Shown here one piece after another: positions 1 to 14,565 of a stretch of DNA of 64,000 nucleotides; within the stretch, counting starts at the first letter, position 1; each line of letters opens with the position of its first letter. The notes beneath the pieces are model-generated. The model was not told where the DNA came from and made no database searches. It saw only the letters and a program-made list of their open reading frames with translations. The stretch lies in the NCBI RefSeq assembly GCF_009914755.1, contig NC_060926.1; one strand, 5' to 3'. The stretch comes from the human T2T-CHM13v2.0 reference genome, Homo sapiens. Position numbers and translations under genes: made by a program.

Positions 1-543
1 GCTGCACCCATTAACTCGTCATTTACATTATATACATTAGGTATATCTCCTAATGCTATCCCTCCCCCCTCCCCCCACACCATGACAGGCCCCGGTGTGT
101 GATGTTCCCTTTCCTGTGTCCAAGGGTTCTCGTTGTTCAATTCCTACCTATGAGTGACAACATGTGGTGTTTGGTTTTTTGTCCTTGTGATAGTTTGCTG
201 AGAATGATGGTTTCCAGCTTCATCCATGTCCCTGCAAAGGACATGAACTCATCCTTTTTTATGGCTGCATGGTATTCCATGGTGTATATGTGCCACATTT
301 CCTTAATCCAGTTTATCATTGATGGACATTTGGGTTGGTTCCAAGTCTTTGCTATTGTGAATAGTGCCACAATAAACATACGTGTGCATGTGTCTTTATA
401 GCAGCATGATCTATAATCCTTTTGGTATATACCCAGTAATGGGATTGCTGGGTCAAATGGTATTTCTAGTTCTAGATCCCTGAGGAATCACCACACTGAC
501 TTCCACACTGGTTGAACTAGTTTACAGTCCCACCAACAATGTG
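1..543 (-). mobile_element. L1PA 3' fragment (end of ORF2 plus 3' UTR), 5'-truncated; runs off the window start
   Basis: Minus ORF 137-379 encodes the L1 ORF2 C-terminus (ALFTIAKTWNQPKCP...LETIILSKLSQ); typical L1PA 3' UTR. Confidence 0.95.
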
Positions 544-2503
544 GAATACACTTTTAAAATAAGTGTTTGTTAGCACTTTGAGGGCCCTCCAGTTCTCAGA
601 GCCATTAGGAGTTGCTTTGCTTTCTTGCCGTTTCTCTCGCATGGTGTGGACAACGCATGGTTTTTGCTACTGGTGGTTGTATCCACTTTTTTGTGTATAT
701 TTTGGGGTTCTTATATACTACTGGTTTTGTTGTAGCTGTTGCCTGTGGGTGTTTGCATCTATTCGCCCAGTTGTTCTGCTAGATTTAGTTGGATGGGGGA
801 GGAGGGACTTTGGGTGTTTAAAAATCAGGGAGCCACTGCTGCCATTTTCCCCACATCCTTGGCATTTCTCTTTCACAAGTGTCCCTGGTGATTATAAAGT
901 GTGGCCAAAGTTGAAAAATGAAAAGATCTGAACCCTTGCTCTATCTCTATTACTTTGTGGCAACGTTAACTTTTTAAAGCCACTTAAATTTTCTTATCAA
1001 TAAAATGAGCACAGCCATACCTGTACTGTCTTCCTCATAGGGTTGCTGTGCTATACAAGATTCATGCATGTGAAATTCTTTGAAAATGTAAAATTAGATC
1101 AAATCTATAGTGTTAGCAGTTTATGCTTAAATAAACACTGGATATCGATAGCTCCAGTAAACACACCTTTGATCCCCATGATCCAACATGCTTATATACT
1201 TATTGCAGAGGGAAGGGGAGGGGGTGCTTATGTTTCTTACTAAAGAAACTTAAGCTCTAGTATTACTTTGAGACACTGGTCTCTCTTTGTCCAGAAAGGT
1301 GTTTCTCAATGTGTGTTCTTGAAGGAGAGGCCTGGAGGTTGAGCTGCTGGGTTGTGATTCATCCAGAACTGCCTTCCCCTTTTTCTGTTTGACATGTATT
1401 CTCTTACAGACAATTGTGTTTATAAAAGAGTTCCTCAACAACAATGACAAGAACAACAACAACAGTAATATACTAGTTTAGAAATGTGCTGGATAAAGGC
1501 AATCCCTAGTTTATGTAGAGATGATGAAGCAAATTTTTATTTCCTCTTTGGTTGTTGGGAATGCTATGCATTTTCTATCAAACACACATATTACATGCTA
1601 GCTAATCCCCAAGCTACCCTTCAAATGATATTGAACCCACAATGTAGCCAAACTACATGCTTGTAACATCGATCTAAGTATACTCTGTGGTATTCTCTGA
1701 TGGCAAGGAATAATATGAAGCCGAAGATAAAATGGAATTTTTTTTTCTTAACAATTCCTGGTACTCTGATGATTTTAGAACAAATTTTAAGTAGTAAAGT
1801 TTTAATTTTCCATCAATTTACCTTTCTTTCTGTGCTCCTCTTCAATACCCTAGGCCCCTCTCCTCCCGGCCTCTAATGACTTCAGCCTACACCTGTGCAG
1901 CATTTTAACAGAGGGCAGAACAAAGGTTTGGGCCTCTAAAATGATTTACTGACCTCCTCCGGCCCCAGACTACAGTCTCTTTCCCACAAAGCAGCTGATC
2001 TTTGTCAGCCATTAGAAAATTAATGTAATTAATCCATTCACACTCGTGAATGACTGATGGCCCATAACCATTCTGCAGCTATTAATATTTTAAAAAGATG
2101 ATGCTTGGATTGCTAATTGGGGAATGTTGAACACTGTTGCTAAAAAATGCAAAGGAAAAAAGCCACCAAAAACCAAAACATCGGCCATAAAAGGGACGAA
2201 GTTTGCACAGATGAGCTAATAGGTGGGTCCCTGGGTTAGGACCACTGTTAAGCATGCAAGCTGTGCTCTGCCGATTTCCAGAAAGTGCTTCCGTTACGAA
2301 ATGTGCCCTGAAGAGCTGAGTCATTCAGTGGCCTTATTAGAGTAAAAGTCCATCACACATGTTATTGCTTTTTTCTGTTTTATTGCATAGTTTCTTCTAT
2401 TCTATTTCATCTTCACATTACGTTTCTCCCCAAATGGTAGAGCCAGGTCACTTGTAAATACAGGTTTACACACCAGATGTTTTGAATTGGGGGCTGTCTG
2501 TAG

Positions 2504-3335
<832 letters not shown>

Positions 3336-3554
3336 AGCTCCTAACTCACCATTTTACTGGAGTCAGGGCACTATTCCAATGTCATTTATAGTTAAAATAA
3401 ATGGCTTTAATCCTGTTTTAAAATGTATAAAGTTTTAGTTTAAACTGTTTATTCTACCAATAAATTAACTTCTGAAAGCTGTTAAGACCATAGAAATTCT
3501 TTCTTATTCATACTTAAACTACAACAGGAACGCAGAGGGATGTCTAATTTATTG

Positions 3555-3700
3555 CTTCTCAGTTTTCAATATGTATTTGAATCATCTGAGAATGTTAGTA
3601 AAATCCAGATGCTGATTCAGAAGGTCTGGGATGGAGCTGAGACTCTACATTTCTAATAAGCGCCAGGTGATAAGCAAGGCTACTGATAGGCACCTTGGAT
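3555..3700. mobile_element. MER5-like hAT MITE
   Basis: cttctcagttttcaat...gattcagaaggtctggg...catttctaataagcgccaggtga pattern. Confidence 0.55.
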
Positions 3701-4639
3701 GATCTGCATTGAATCACACAGGGGGTCTCCCCTCATCAGAAATTCTGAAAGTGGGGATCAGAAAGCTGCATGATGAATAGACATTACATAAAGTTCTTAA
3801 AGAGAAGTTTAAGAATCATAGGTATGGCACATACATTGTTATTCGCAAATTTCAAACAGCACAGTAGCATTGGAGTCTGGGAGAGAATTTGTTTCCTTCT
3901 TTAAGAAGAAAGAGTAAATCGCCTTCCAATTTGGAAAAGATAACCTCTGTTTTTAACTTACAGTGTACAGAAATCATCACAGTTTTAAACTTCCAGCTTC
4001 TTTCTTGCCCATAGTGGAACAGAAGGGTCAGCCTCTGAAAAGAAGAGCCAGAAGAGAGATTCTCTTTGTCTCTGAAATACTTGCTCAAGTGTCTGATTGG
4101 GAATTGGAGGAGGCTGAGAAACATTCTTTAGGTCAAATAATGCACTGTTACCCTTAAGGATTATTTGAAATAAGACAAAATCATAGAGATCTGCTTGATC
4201 TCAGGGTTATGTTAGATTTTTTTTTCCCCAGAATTACATCACTTGTAGAGTTTATGGTCTGTGGGCCATTTCTCTGGCTGGATAATCAAGCTCTTTGAAT
4301 AGGGTCAAAATCTGTACATTCAAGGTAAAGTAAAAAATTACAGCAGTCATCCATATTGATTCAGGCAAATAAGTTTCCCTGGAAACATTCAGAAATTATG
4401 AGAGAAAAAGGTTTCTTTTTTGGTTTCAGTAGTTTGTAGAAATACCTTGAGACTCTCACATGCTTTTGTGTATAAATTCAGTCATGTATGATTATGCATA
4501 CACAATGAAGTATTTTTCTTCTGAGTAATGTTTTATCCTTTCCCTGAATAAATACCCTCTCTGAAAATCTTCTTTGATTTTAGTTTAAAAATGGGCCTTT
4601 GATAATAAGTTCTGATTTACTTGAGGTTTTCTTTATGCA

Positions 4640-4939
4640 TTTTTTTGTTTTTGTTTTTGAGACAGAGTCTTGCTCTGTGGCCCCGGCTGGAGGGCAGTGA
4701 CACAATCTTGGCTCACTGCAACCTCCACCTCTCAGGTTGAAGTGATTCTCTTGGCTCAGCCTCCCAAGTAGCTGGGACTACAGGTGTGTACCACCATGCC
4801 TGGCTAATTTTTGTATTTTTAGTAGAGATGAGGTTTCACCATGTTGGCCAGGCTGGTCCCGAACCTCTGACCTCAGTAATCTGCCCACCTTGGCCTCCCA
4901 AAGTGCTGGGATTACAGGCCTGAGCTGCTGCATTTGGCC
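4640..4939 (-). mobile_element. AluS
   Basis: Full Alu dimer; degenerate TSD ttctttatg on both sides. Confidence 0.93.
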
Positions 4940-5390
4940 ATCTTCTTTATGTGTGTATGATGCATTATGTTTCTTGTTTACCTCTCCCTTTTTGTCATTG
5001 CTTGGTTGAGTGAGGCTTCTTGCTGTTTTTTCCTAGCTTCCCTCCTCTGTTTGTTGGAAAGTATATGATCCATCTTATTCTTTTAGTGATTACTCTAGCT
5101 ATTTTAACATGCATATTTGTGAAAGTCTAGAGTTAGCTAATATTTTTCTTTTCCTCCAGAATTACACAAGCATCTTCAAGTATTTAACTCTGATCTTCAC
5201 CCTTACTGCTTATGTGTCATTGTTGTTCAGTGTTTTAATTTTCCCTGTATTATTGCTACCCGTGGCTAATTATTGTTGCACTCGTTGAGGTTGTTGTTGC
5301 GGTTGTTGATTTATGCAGTCAATGTTTGTTTAGATCTACCCACTTATTTTTCATTGTTACTGTTGTTGATTATTTTTCTTCTACTTTTAA

Positions 5391-5421
<31 letters not shown>

Positions 5422-5688
5422 GGTCTGAAGTATACCTGAGGAATTTCAGATAACGAGGGGCTTTTGATGATAAATTCTTTGTTTTTCTTTGTGTAAGAAT
5501 GTCCTTATTTTGCTTTTATTCTAAAAGTTCAGTTCCCCCCTTCCCAAGTTGCATAGGGATGAGACAGAGGCAGGCCCGGATGAATGCTGCACACACAGTG
5601 GATCTATGTCACAGCTGAGAATGGTGAGCCCAAGAAACTCTCAATCATATAAAGGCATCTCTAGCAAGCCTGCTCATCCTCCTCTCTG

Positions 5689-5691
<3 letters not shown>

Positions 5692-5737
<46 letters not shown>
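5692..5737. repeat. (CA)n microsatellite
   Basis: Uninterrupted AC run. Confidence 0.97.
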
Positions 5738-5739
<2 letters not shown>

Positions 5740-6221
5740 CAGAGAAGGGAAGGAGAGGTCTTTATTTTCCTGAAATATTCCAGGGAGGGAAACATTATTT
5801 ATCTTCACTTTCGTGAAATACCTGTCAATTCCTGGATGTGGAGAAACATGAGAGATTGATGGAGAATTGTCACCTAAGACATATGTTCAATTCATTACAG
5901 TTATAAAGCATTTCCACATCTGTTATGAGAATTTAAATGAGAATGAGACTGGGATTCTGTCCCTCACAAATCTGACAGCAGGTTGAAGGGGGGAGACAAG
6001 GGAAACATTCAGAATGATTTGATCCAAAGGAAGTTACCTGTTTCTAGGACTTGAGATTTATTTCAGATGAGTAAGATTAGAGAGAGTAAAAATGAACTTA
6101 GCCCAAGCAAATAAATGTTACAAATGTCTACTGAATGGATGAAGTTTTCAAAACTTGAAAAAAATAAAAAATTTCGATAACGTACTCAATCTAAATATCA
6201 ATTTAGAATTATGATTTTACA

Positions 6222-6475
6222 AATTAATTTTTATTGACAAAAGTTGTATATATGTATGTTGTACAATATGATATTTTGAAGTACATATTCATTGTGGAAT
6301 GGCTAAATTAAGATAATTAACATATGTGTTGCCTCATATTTTTTGTGGCGAGAACACTTAAAATCTCTCTTGGCAATTTTCAAGTATATACATTATTTTT
6401 AACTATGTATTATGTCACCCTGTTGCACAGTAGATGTCTTGAACTTATTCCTTCCGTGCAAGTGAAATTTTGTAC
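6222..6475 (-). mobile_element. L1MA 3' UTR fragment
   Basis: attgtggaatggctaaatt...gagaacacttaaaatct...cttgaacttattcc motif series. Confidence 0.7.
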
Positions 6476-7584
6476 AGAATTGTGATTGTAAGGGATGGAA
6501 TTTACTATGGCCAAATAACTGTATACTGAAGCTATTCACTGTTTAGATTGTAAACATAAGCATATGTTGGATATTAAAACTGAAAAGTCTTTGATAAAAA
6601 TGGATAGTTACATGCATATGATCAATAATAATTACCACAGGTTATTCAATAGATATTTAACTACTGTGCTGAGGTAGACTTCAGTTGTTTTGCTAAGTCT
6701 AAAAAAATCTAAAAGAAATAAGACTAAATCCTTGACCTTGATGTAGGCTTGCAAGACTAAGACCTTAATGGAGGTGAGTATGTGCATGCTAGTGGTAGAA
6801 GGGCCACTGTAGATAGAAGGTAGTGAAGCTAAGAATGACAGTACCATGTGTCTATCATCTTGTGAAGGCACGGCTTTAGGCAGAAAACTTAAACTACCCT
6901 CTTTTGATAGGGATGCTAGGGAAGCAGCTTCATTGCCTTGGGATTTATGCTCTGAGAAGAGTGAATATCCAGACGTGAACCCTTGAGTGATGCCATGTTT
7001 CAGTCTGCAGCTTATTAGACAAGATCTAAGAGGGTGCAAAAATTACACCTCTGATGTGAACTTCAGAGATCAAAGCAGATCATCTCAACCAGATTATGTA
7101 GACGTTTAGATGTTCTTTGTTTTTTTTAACCCATGAACAGTTAATAAAATCAACTGTTAGTGTTCTAAGTTTGACCAAAGTGCTCTAAGGGATCTTAAGG
7201 GAGAAGATTTCCATTCTTGAATCGGAATATCAAAGGGTGAGTAACACTTTCTAAGAATTGTGTTGTGCTCGTAGCAGTCCCTCAAGAGATTATTTCCCAA
7301 AGAAACCATGAATGCTTGACTTGGCACTACACCAACCAGACTTCCCTCTGCTTCTAGAAGTTCCCCTTTTTAAGACCAAAACTTGCTGGGTGTGTGTTTT
7401 TATAAAAATGTATTATCTTCTCTGCAGTTTCAAAGTATGATATCATTAAATAATTTAGAAGGCAAAGAAAAAACAAAAACCATCAGATCTGGTTAATAGC
7501 AGTAGAGTGACAGAGCATCTGTTCTTTTCCACGAACTGTTATCCTGTCAGAAACTCCTCATTCCTCAATCCTCACCTCTTTAAC

Positions 7585-8099
7585 TGTGGTAGGTGCAGTA
7601 ATGCCACTCTCCACAAAGATGTACATGTCCTAATCCCCAGAACCTGTGAATGTGTTACCTTATATAGCAAAATGGACTCTGCAGATGTTACAAAGTTAAG
7701 CATCTTGAGATGGGCAATCAGTCCTGGATTATTCAGGTAATATAATCAGAAAGGACCTTGTAAGAAGAAGGCAAAAGAGTCAAAGTAAAAGAAAATGATC
7801 TGATGATGAAAGCAGAGAGGAAAGACAGAACATGTGATGAGAGAAGCAGAAGTTGGAGTGATAGAGTTTAAAGATGGAGCATGAAGCCACAAGCTAAGGA
7901 ATGGGAGGTTGCCTCTAAAGCAACCTAGAAAAGGCAAGGAAACTGTCAGAGCAGAAGGAATGCAGCTCTGCCAACCCTGCTAGTGGGTAAGACCCATTTT
8001 GGACTTCTGACTTCCAGAACTATAAGAAATTAAGTTTTTATTACTTTATGGCACCAAGTTGGTGGCAATTTGTTACAGCAGCTCTGGCAAACTCAAACA
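7585..8099 (+). mobile_element. MLT1 (MLT1D-like) MaLR solo LTR
   Basis: TG...CA ends; gtcctaatccccagaacctgtgaatgtgttacctta and ggcaatttgttacagcag motifs. Confidence 0.85.
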
Positions 8100-8922
8100 G
8101 TAACCATGCTGTGCTTCCTGGCGGAGTGGGCCTACTCCTGTCTGACCCGTGATCATTCATTACAACAATCTCTGCTATTATTACCAAGAAGAAATTTGAA
8201 CACAGGAAACCTGACTGAAAAGAAAGTAGGAATGAAGAGGTGAGCATGATATAGTACGATGGCTTTTTCACATTAATTTATGAGGAATGGCCTGCTAAAA
8301 ATATTTTTCATATTTGTAATTGTCAATTATATGAAAAGCACTCTAAACGTTACATTTTGCAAACTGTATTTATAATTATATATTTAATACATTTAAAATA
8401 ATAAAATTTTGTCTACGTGTGACTCTTCTAAAAGTTCCAGCCTGTATATAGGACGAGAAAATATTTTAAAGCCTGAATTATTCAATTAAACTAAAAATTT
8501 CCAGGCTTTCATTTTGTAATGCCAGGTTACAACCTTAATTTAAAATTCTCTATCCATTCAACTTTTTGCAGATGTGTATTTTCTCTATTTTTTCATATGC
8601 AGGAAAATGGCTTTGCTTCTGATCAGTACTATGGAGAAGAAAAGCATTTTGCTTCATCCATTTTGTGAGTTTATATTTTGGTGTCAGAGATAACACTCAA
8701 GGACTTGGAGTTCAGAGTATCAGTCACAGAGCAATATTTTCTGAAAAAAATTAAAAGCGATTTTTTTTCTCACAGGGAAAAGAGAATACATAGAGTATGC
8801 AGGGAAGACAAAGAAGGTATGTAGGAGGGGGTGGTGTTAATGGAAAAGCAGTTGGGAAAACAGATTAGAGTAGATCATAAGTGACCCCCAAGTCTAAGTT
8901 CTGGAAATAGTTTCATGAATGA

Positions 8923-9273
8923 GTGTCTTAGTTCAAGCCCAAAAGCCATAGATCAAGTGGTTTACATCACAAACATCTATTTCTCATGGTTCTGGAGGCT
9001 GGGAAGTCCAAGACCAAGATGTGAGCTGATTTGTGTCCTGATGGGATCCCTCTTCCGGTTTGCAAATGGCTGCTTTCTTGATGTATCTTCATATGACACA
9101 AAGAGAGATCATCTCTCTTGTGTCTCTTCTTATAAGAGCACTAACACTATTATGAGATATTCACTCTTAGGACCTAATTATCTCCAAAAAGCTTTATCTC
9201 CAATTACTATTGCACTGGGGATTAGGGCTTCACCACATGAATTCTGGGGGGACATAAACATTTAGTCCACAGC
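8923..9273 (-). mobile_element. MLT1A-like MaLR solo LTR
   Basis: ttctggaggctgggaagtccaagaccaag ... gggggacataaacatttagtccacagca. Confidence 0.8.
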
Positions 9274-9499
9274 AATGAGAGTATAGTCATAAGCAATCTT
9301 AATGATATTTGCGGTGTTGTTTGTTCTTTTGTACATACTTAAAAATCATGTATCAAGGTGATTGTATTGTTTTCAAACTCTTACATTCCACAGTTTTAAC
9401 TAGGAAACAGGGGAGACTGCAATGTCTTAAATTAATAATGAGTTTTAATTTATAATGTATCACTGAATGGTTGTGGGACTCGTAATTCCTTTACTTATC

Positions 9500-10115
9500 T
9501 ATTGCTGATGATTCTTTAACTTTTAGAAGTTTCCAAATTTTGGTGTGTATGAAAACAAATCACCTAGGGAGCTTGTTTAACTGACTCTTACTGGATATGT
9601 TTGAGGATGAGGCCCTGGTATCTTAATTTTTAGTAAATACCTCAGGTGATTTTTTGGGTGGTTGTTCCACAAACCACACATGAAACAGCAACACCGGTCT
9701 CCCAGCCTCCACCCCATGCCCATTCTCCTGAAGGCAGCCTTCTGAAGTTGGGATGCAAAGCCTGTTGACTTGCCACATAGAGGTGGTTCCTATACCAGCA
9801 GCATGAATATCACAGGAGAGTTCCTTAGAATTGTAGACACTCAGCCACATCCCTGACACAGAGTCAGAATCTGCATTTTAACAAGATCTTAGACTTGAGT
9901 GCAGTGGTGGAATTGTTCACAAGCACATTTAATTTTGAGAGGCACCATCCTCCTAGAAATTAATCAGCCTCCCCACCAGTGGTTCTCAATCCTCTAAGGA
10001 GCTCTGAAAAATTACACAGATTCACTTCAGGCTCACTGACCCTTCAGCAGTACAGAGGCAGGAAATAGCTTTTTAAAAAAGATCCAAAGTTGACTCTTGT
10101 GCACGCCCTGGTTAA
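9500..10115. mobile_element. Cluster of decayed MER5-like hAT MITE fragments
   Basis: aatcacctagggagcttgtttaa; gagtcagaatctgcattttaacaagat; ccagtggttctcaatcct. Confidence 0.5.
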
Positions 10116-11578
10116 AAACAATTGCTCCGTAGGGCTTCTTGGCAAGTCAGAACATTTGTGATGACAAAAATCACACCAGATCACTCTGAAATCTCAGTTT
10201 TCCTTTGTGATGTGACAGCCTAAATTTCAGAGCAGACATTTGTATTACCTCAGGTAGCCTTTGTTCTTTTCAGCTTTCGCGTCCTAGTTGTCACACTGGG
10301 AGAACTCAAAGAAGTCAGAGAGTTTTCATCTCTGTCTTGCGCCCTCAGGGGAAGGCTGATTTATTCCCAAGTTCTGCCTCTTTAATTTTTTTTTTTTTAA
10401 GTTGAAGGCTGTACTAGTGTAGGTCAGCAATTCATAATTCACTCTGAGACTGGGGAAAGGACTTTGAGGTCCTCATTTTCTTTAGGACTTGAGTGGTAGT
10501 TTGTTAAAACTCCAGAGCTGTCAGCCTTCCCTATAACTGTGGTCCTTATAAATATGAGGAAATAATGAAACTTTATTAAAGGACAATCCAGGCATGAATC
10601 CTTAACTATTTTATTTAATGGATCTTGTATTAAAGTAACTTTTGAGACACTCTGAGGTAATTTTTAACTCAGCCATTTGTGAGGTAGTTTACTGAAGGTA
10701 TTTTAGTTGATAACTGAAAGGAACTCTGAATTATGGCCTTAGTTCAGATATGTCCTTAACGACCTACCAACCAACCTTTCATAGGTAGGATCTGAACCAA
10801 CCGAGGGCAATCAGATCTTTGCTTGATGGTCTGTGGCTGAATCAACTTGCTACTTTTCCTGAATCCTGGAAAAGATACAGGAAATTGGGACCGATTATTT
10901 GAGGAAGTTCTGTTGCTGGTGAGGAAATTCTGTTGAGTTCTGTAGGAATTTTTATAGCTTGTTTTGCATTCAGTTCTATCAACAAGCCAGCAGCAACTCA
11001 AAGGGAAGCCTCCTTCTGGCATATCAATCACACAGGCACATAGGATCATATAGCATATAGGATCAGTCCCAAGAAGAACTATGGGGTGGGGGAGAGGTTT
11101 TTCTTCCACTTCTTGGATTCAGTGACTTTGAGATGGACCTCTTTTTTCCTGTGGACAAAATGTCATCACACCAACATCTTATTGCCCATGCTCTTCACCT
11201 TGTCTATGTTTTGGAATGGGACCATGCTTAAATAAAATTGCTTCTTTCCATGATAATGCATTTTGGGGCTGAGGAAACTATATGCCTTTTAAGTAATCCT
11301 TGCTTTGCCCTAGCCTGCTCTGCCCCTCCAAAGTCCGGCCTCAGCTCATAGTTTAGAAGGCATTAGTTTTAAGCTGAGGAGTATTAGAAAGTAATCTTTA
11401 TGGTAAATGGTTTTTCCCTAAAGGAGGTGGCCTACTGATAAGTGAGAGAATAATATCCATTGGGCCATCTTGCCACCTAGGGGAACCCATTTGCTTTGAA
11501 AATAAGAAACATCTCTTTCAGCAGGCGGTGATTTTCTTCAAGGATTTTATAACAAAGATAAAAATTGTGGTTGACAAG

Positions 11579-12506
11579 TGTGATGGTTAATATTAGGTGT
11601 TGACTTGGTTGGATTGAAGAATGCCTAGATAGATGGGAAAGTATTGTTTCTGGGGGCGTCTATGAGGGTGTTGCAGAGGAGATTAACATTTGAGTCAGTG
11701 GACTGGGAGAGAAGACCCACCCTCCATGTGATTGGGCACCCTCCCATTGGCTGTCAGGGCAGCTAGAAAAATCAGACAGAAGAAGGTGGGATATATTGGT
11801 GTATTAGTCTGTTCTCACACTGCTAATAAAGCCATACCTGATACTGTTTAATTTATAAAGGAAAGAGGTTTATTTGACTCACAGTTTCACATGGCTGGGG
11901 AGACCTCACAACCATGGGAGAAAGTGAAGGAGGAGCAAAGTTACATCTTACATGGCAGCAGGCAATAGTTGTGCAGGGGAACTCCCATTTATAAAACCAT
12001 CAGATCTCATGAGACTTATTCACTACCATGAGAACAGTGAACAGTGCTGGGGAAACTGCCCCCATGATTCAATTATCTCCACCTGGCCCCACACTTGACA
12101 CATGGGAATTATTACAATTCAAGGTGAAATTTGGGTGGGGACAACACAGGCAAACCATATCAGTTGGCTTGTTGAGTCTTCTGGCTTTCATCTTTCTTCC
12201 ATGCTGGATGCTTCCTTGAGCATCAGATTCCAGGTTCTTTGGCCTTTGGACTGTTGGACTTACACCAGTCATTTTCCAGAGGCTGTCGGGCCTTTGGCCA
12301 CAGACTGAAGGCTGCACTCTTGGCTTCCCTACTTTTGAGGCTTCTGGACTCAGACTGAGCTACTACTGGTTTCCTCCTAAGCTTGCAGGTGGCCTATTGT
12401 GGGACTTCACCCAGTCATTGTGTGAATCAATTTTCCTTAATAAACTCCCTTTCGTATATACATATATCCTATAATTCTCTCCCTCTGGAGAACCCTGACT
12501 AATACA
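11579..12506 (+). mobile_element. MLT2 (ERVL) solo LTR, interrupted by a THE1 LTR
   Basis: Starts tgtgatggttaatatt, ends tctggagaaccctgactaataca; AATAAA near 12439. Confidence 0.88.
11800..12162 (-). mobile_element. THE1 (B/C-like) solo LTR nested in MLT2
   Basis: tgtattagtc...aaaccatatca; 5-bp TSD attgg/gttgg. Confidence 0.9.
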
Positions 12507-13844
12507 TAAACTTAGTAAACAGGGAAGTTTTCGTGTTACGTAATAAGTGAAATAACATGCAAAGTAGCCAGGAAAGCAGGTCTCTGCTGCATCATATTGA
12601 TAAATGTGTTAGCATTTAGCCTGAAAAGGAACCTTTGCATATGACTGGTTATGAGACTGAAATGAGTTGAAGGAAGGAATAGGCACCAGGAGGAGGATCC
12701 TAACTTCACCACCAAGGTTAAGGATGGCGGCTCCTCTTCTGTGAAACTTTACCACGTGCTTTTCACAGCGGTAAGCCTCATATACTTTTTTGTCAGATTG
12801 GAATATCACTAGTGATTTTGTGCTCATGAAGAAGTACCTTGATTTTCTGAAGCTGTGATTCAGCAAATTATACTTGGGAGTCATCTAGTTTCAGTCACTT
12901 GGACCATGATTATGTCATATTATAGCAATTTTTATCAAGGAGTGGAGTGACCTGGTACAACACTTTGTGTTAACTTATTGCTGACTTATGTGACTACTTT
13001 GTAAGAGAAAAAGTAAAAATGTAAGGAGAATTTTGCCATTTTTAATATTTTGGCATTAGACAGTCTTTTCGGCTCATGAAAGTTGCTGAAGACTTAGAGA
13101 AATAGGTCTCCCTTCACAGTCAACACCAGGCCTGTTTCTCAGCCTATAGGACCTGATGCCTTCTGTTTTATCTCATAGATTTCCTGGGGCCTTCTTGAAA
13201 ACTCCTTACCCACTGCTCTTTGGATCATGGCAACTGACATAGGATCCATTTGAATAATTCTACTTTCTTGCAGCAAGATTCCTAAGGCATAAATAAGAAC
13301 TACTCTAAAAATCATATTCTTATTTCTGTCTTTATTTCTTAACCCTTATTTAGGGACATAGGTCTTTTGGAGCTGTATAACCCAGAATGAGTTGAAATGC
13401 CCAGAAAGAAGAGTGATATAGTAGAAAGAGCAGGGTTTAAAAACCAAATACTTGCATTTGACCAATTTCCTACCTCATATTTAACAGCTAGGAGAAACTC
13501 AAATTGTAATCAGAAGGGGGTATGTCTCTCTGTTCACCATAGCAACGCTAGGGCAGAGCAAACATGTAGAATATGATCCTTTGGAAAGATGTGTTGATTA
13601 GTTGACTAATTGACTAATTGGAAGATCCCATGAGATGTGTATGTAAAAGCACAGGAGAGGAACTAAATGAATGTTATTTACTTTACTCTTCTGGTTTGTG
13701 GGTGGTAAAAATCATTGTTTTCTGTGAACGTGCATCAGCCATGCAGTCCTGGTGCTCAAAAATGTCAGGGATCAATTTGTTCAGTAGCCGGTGTCCAAGG
13801 AGACAAAGTCCAGCAGGAGTCGTTGAAGAGATAGCATAGCCAGG

Positions 13845-14565
13845 TTTTTTTTTCTTTTTCTTTTTCTTTTATTTAAGTTTTAGGGTACATGTGCACAAAG
13901 TGCAGGTTAGTTACATATGTATACATGTGCCATGTTGGTGTGCTGCACCCAGTAACTCATCATTTAACATTAGGTATATCTCCAAATGCTATCCCTCCCC
14001 TCTCCCCCCACCCCACAACAGTCCCTGGTCTGTGATGTTCCCCTTCCTGTGTCCATGTGTTCTCATTGTTCAGTTCCCACCTATGAGTGAGAACATGTGG
14101 TGTTTGGTTTCTTGTCCTTGCGATAGTTTGCTGAGAATGATGGTTTCCAGCTTCATCCATGTCCCTACAAAGGACATGAACTCATCATTTTTTATGGCTG
14201 CATAGTATTCTATGGTGTGTATGTGCCACATTTTCTTAATCCAGTCTATCATTGTTGGACATTTGTGTTGGTTCCAAGTCTTTGCTATTGTGAATAGTGC
14301 CGCAATAAGCATATGTGTGCATGTGTCTTTATAGCAGCATGATTTATAATCCTTTGGGTATATACTCAGTAATGGGATGGCTGGGTCAAATGGTATTTCT
14401 AGTTCTAGATCCCTGAGGAATCGCCACACTGACTTCCACACTGGTTGAACTAGTTTATAGTCCCACCAACAGTGTAAAAGTGTTCCTGTTTCTCCACATC
14501 CTCTCCAGCACCTGTTGTTTCCTGACTTTTTAATGATCGACATTCTAAGTGGTGTGAGATAGTAT
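13845..14565 (-). mobile_element. L1PA 3' fragment (about 720 bp) with poly-A tail
   Basis: Poly-T at about 13845-13870; ORF2 C-terminus [17 protein letters not shown]...HMFSLIGGN. Confidence 0.95.

Noticed and set aside
10339-13546. Isolated CTCF-like (10339, 11471) and RFX-like (13533) motifs
   Set aside because: Single imperfect matches are expected by chance in 64 kb.
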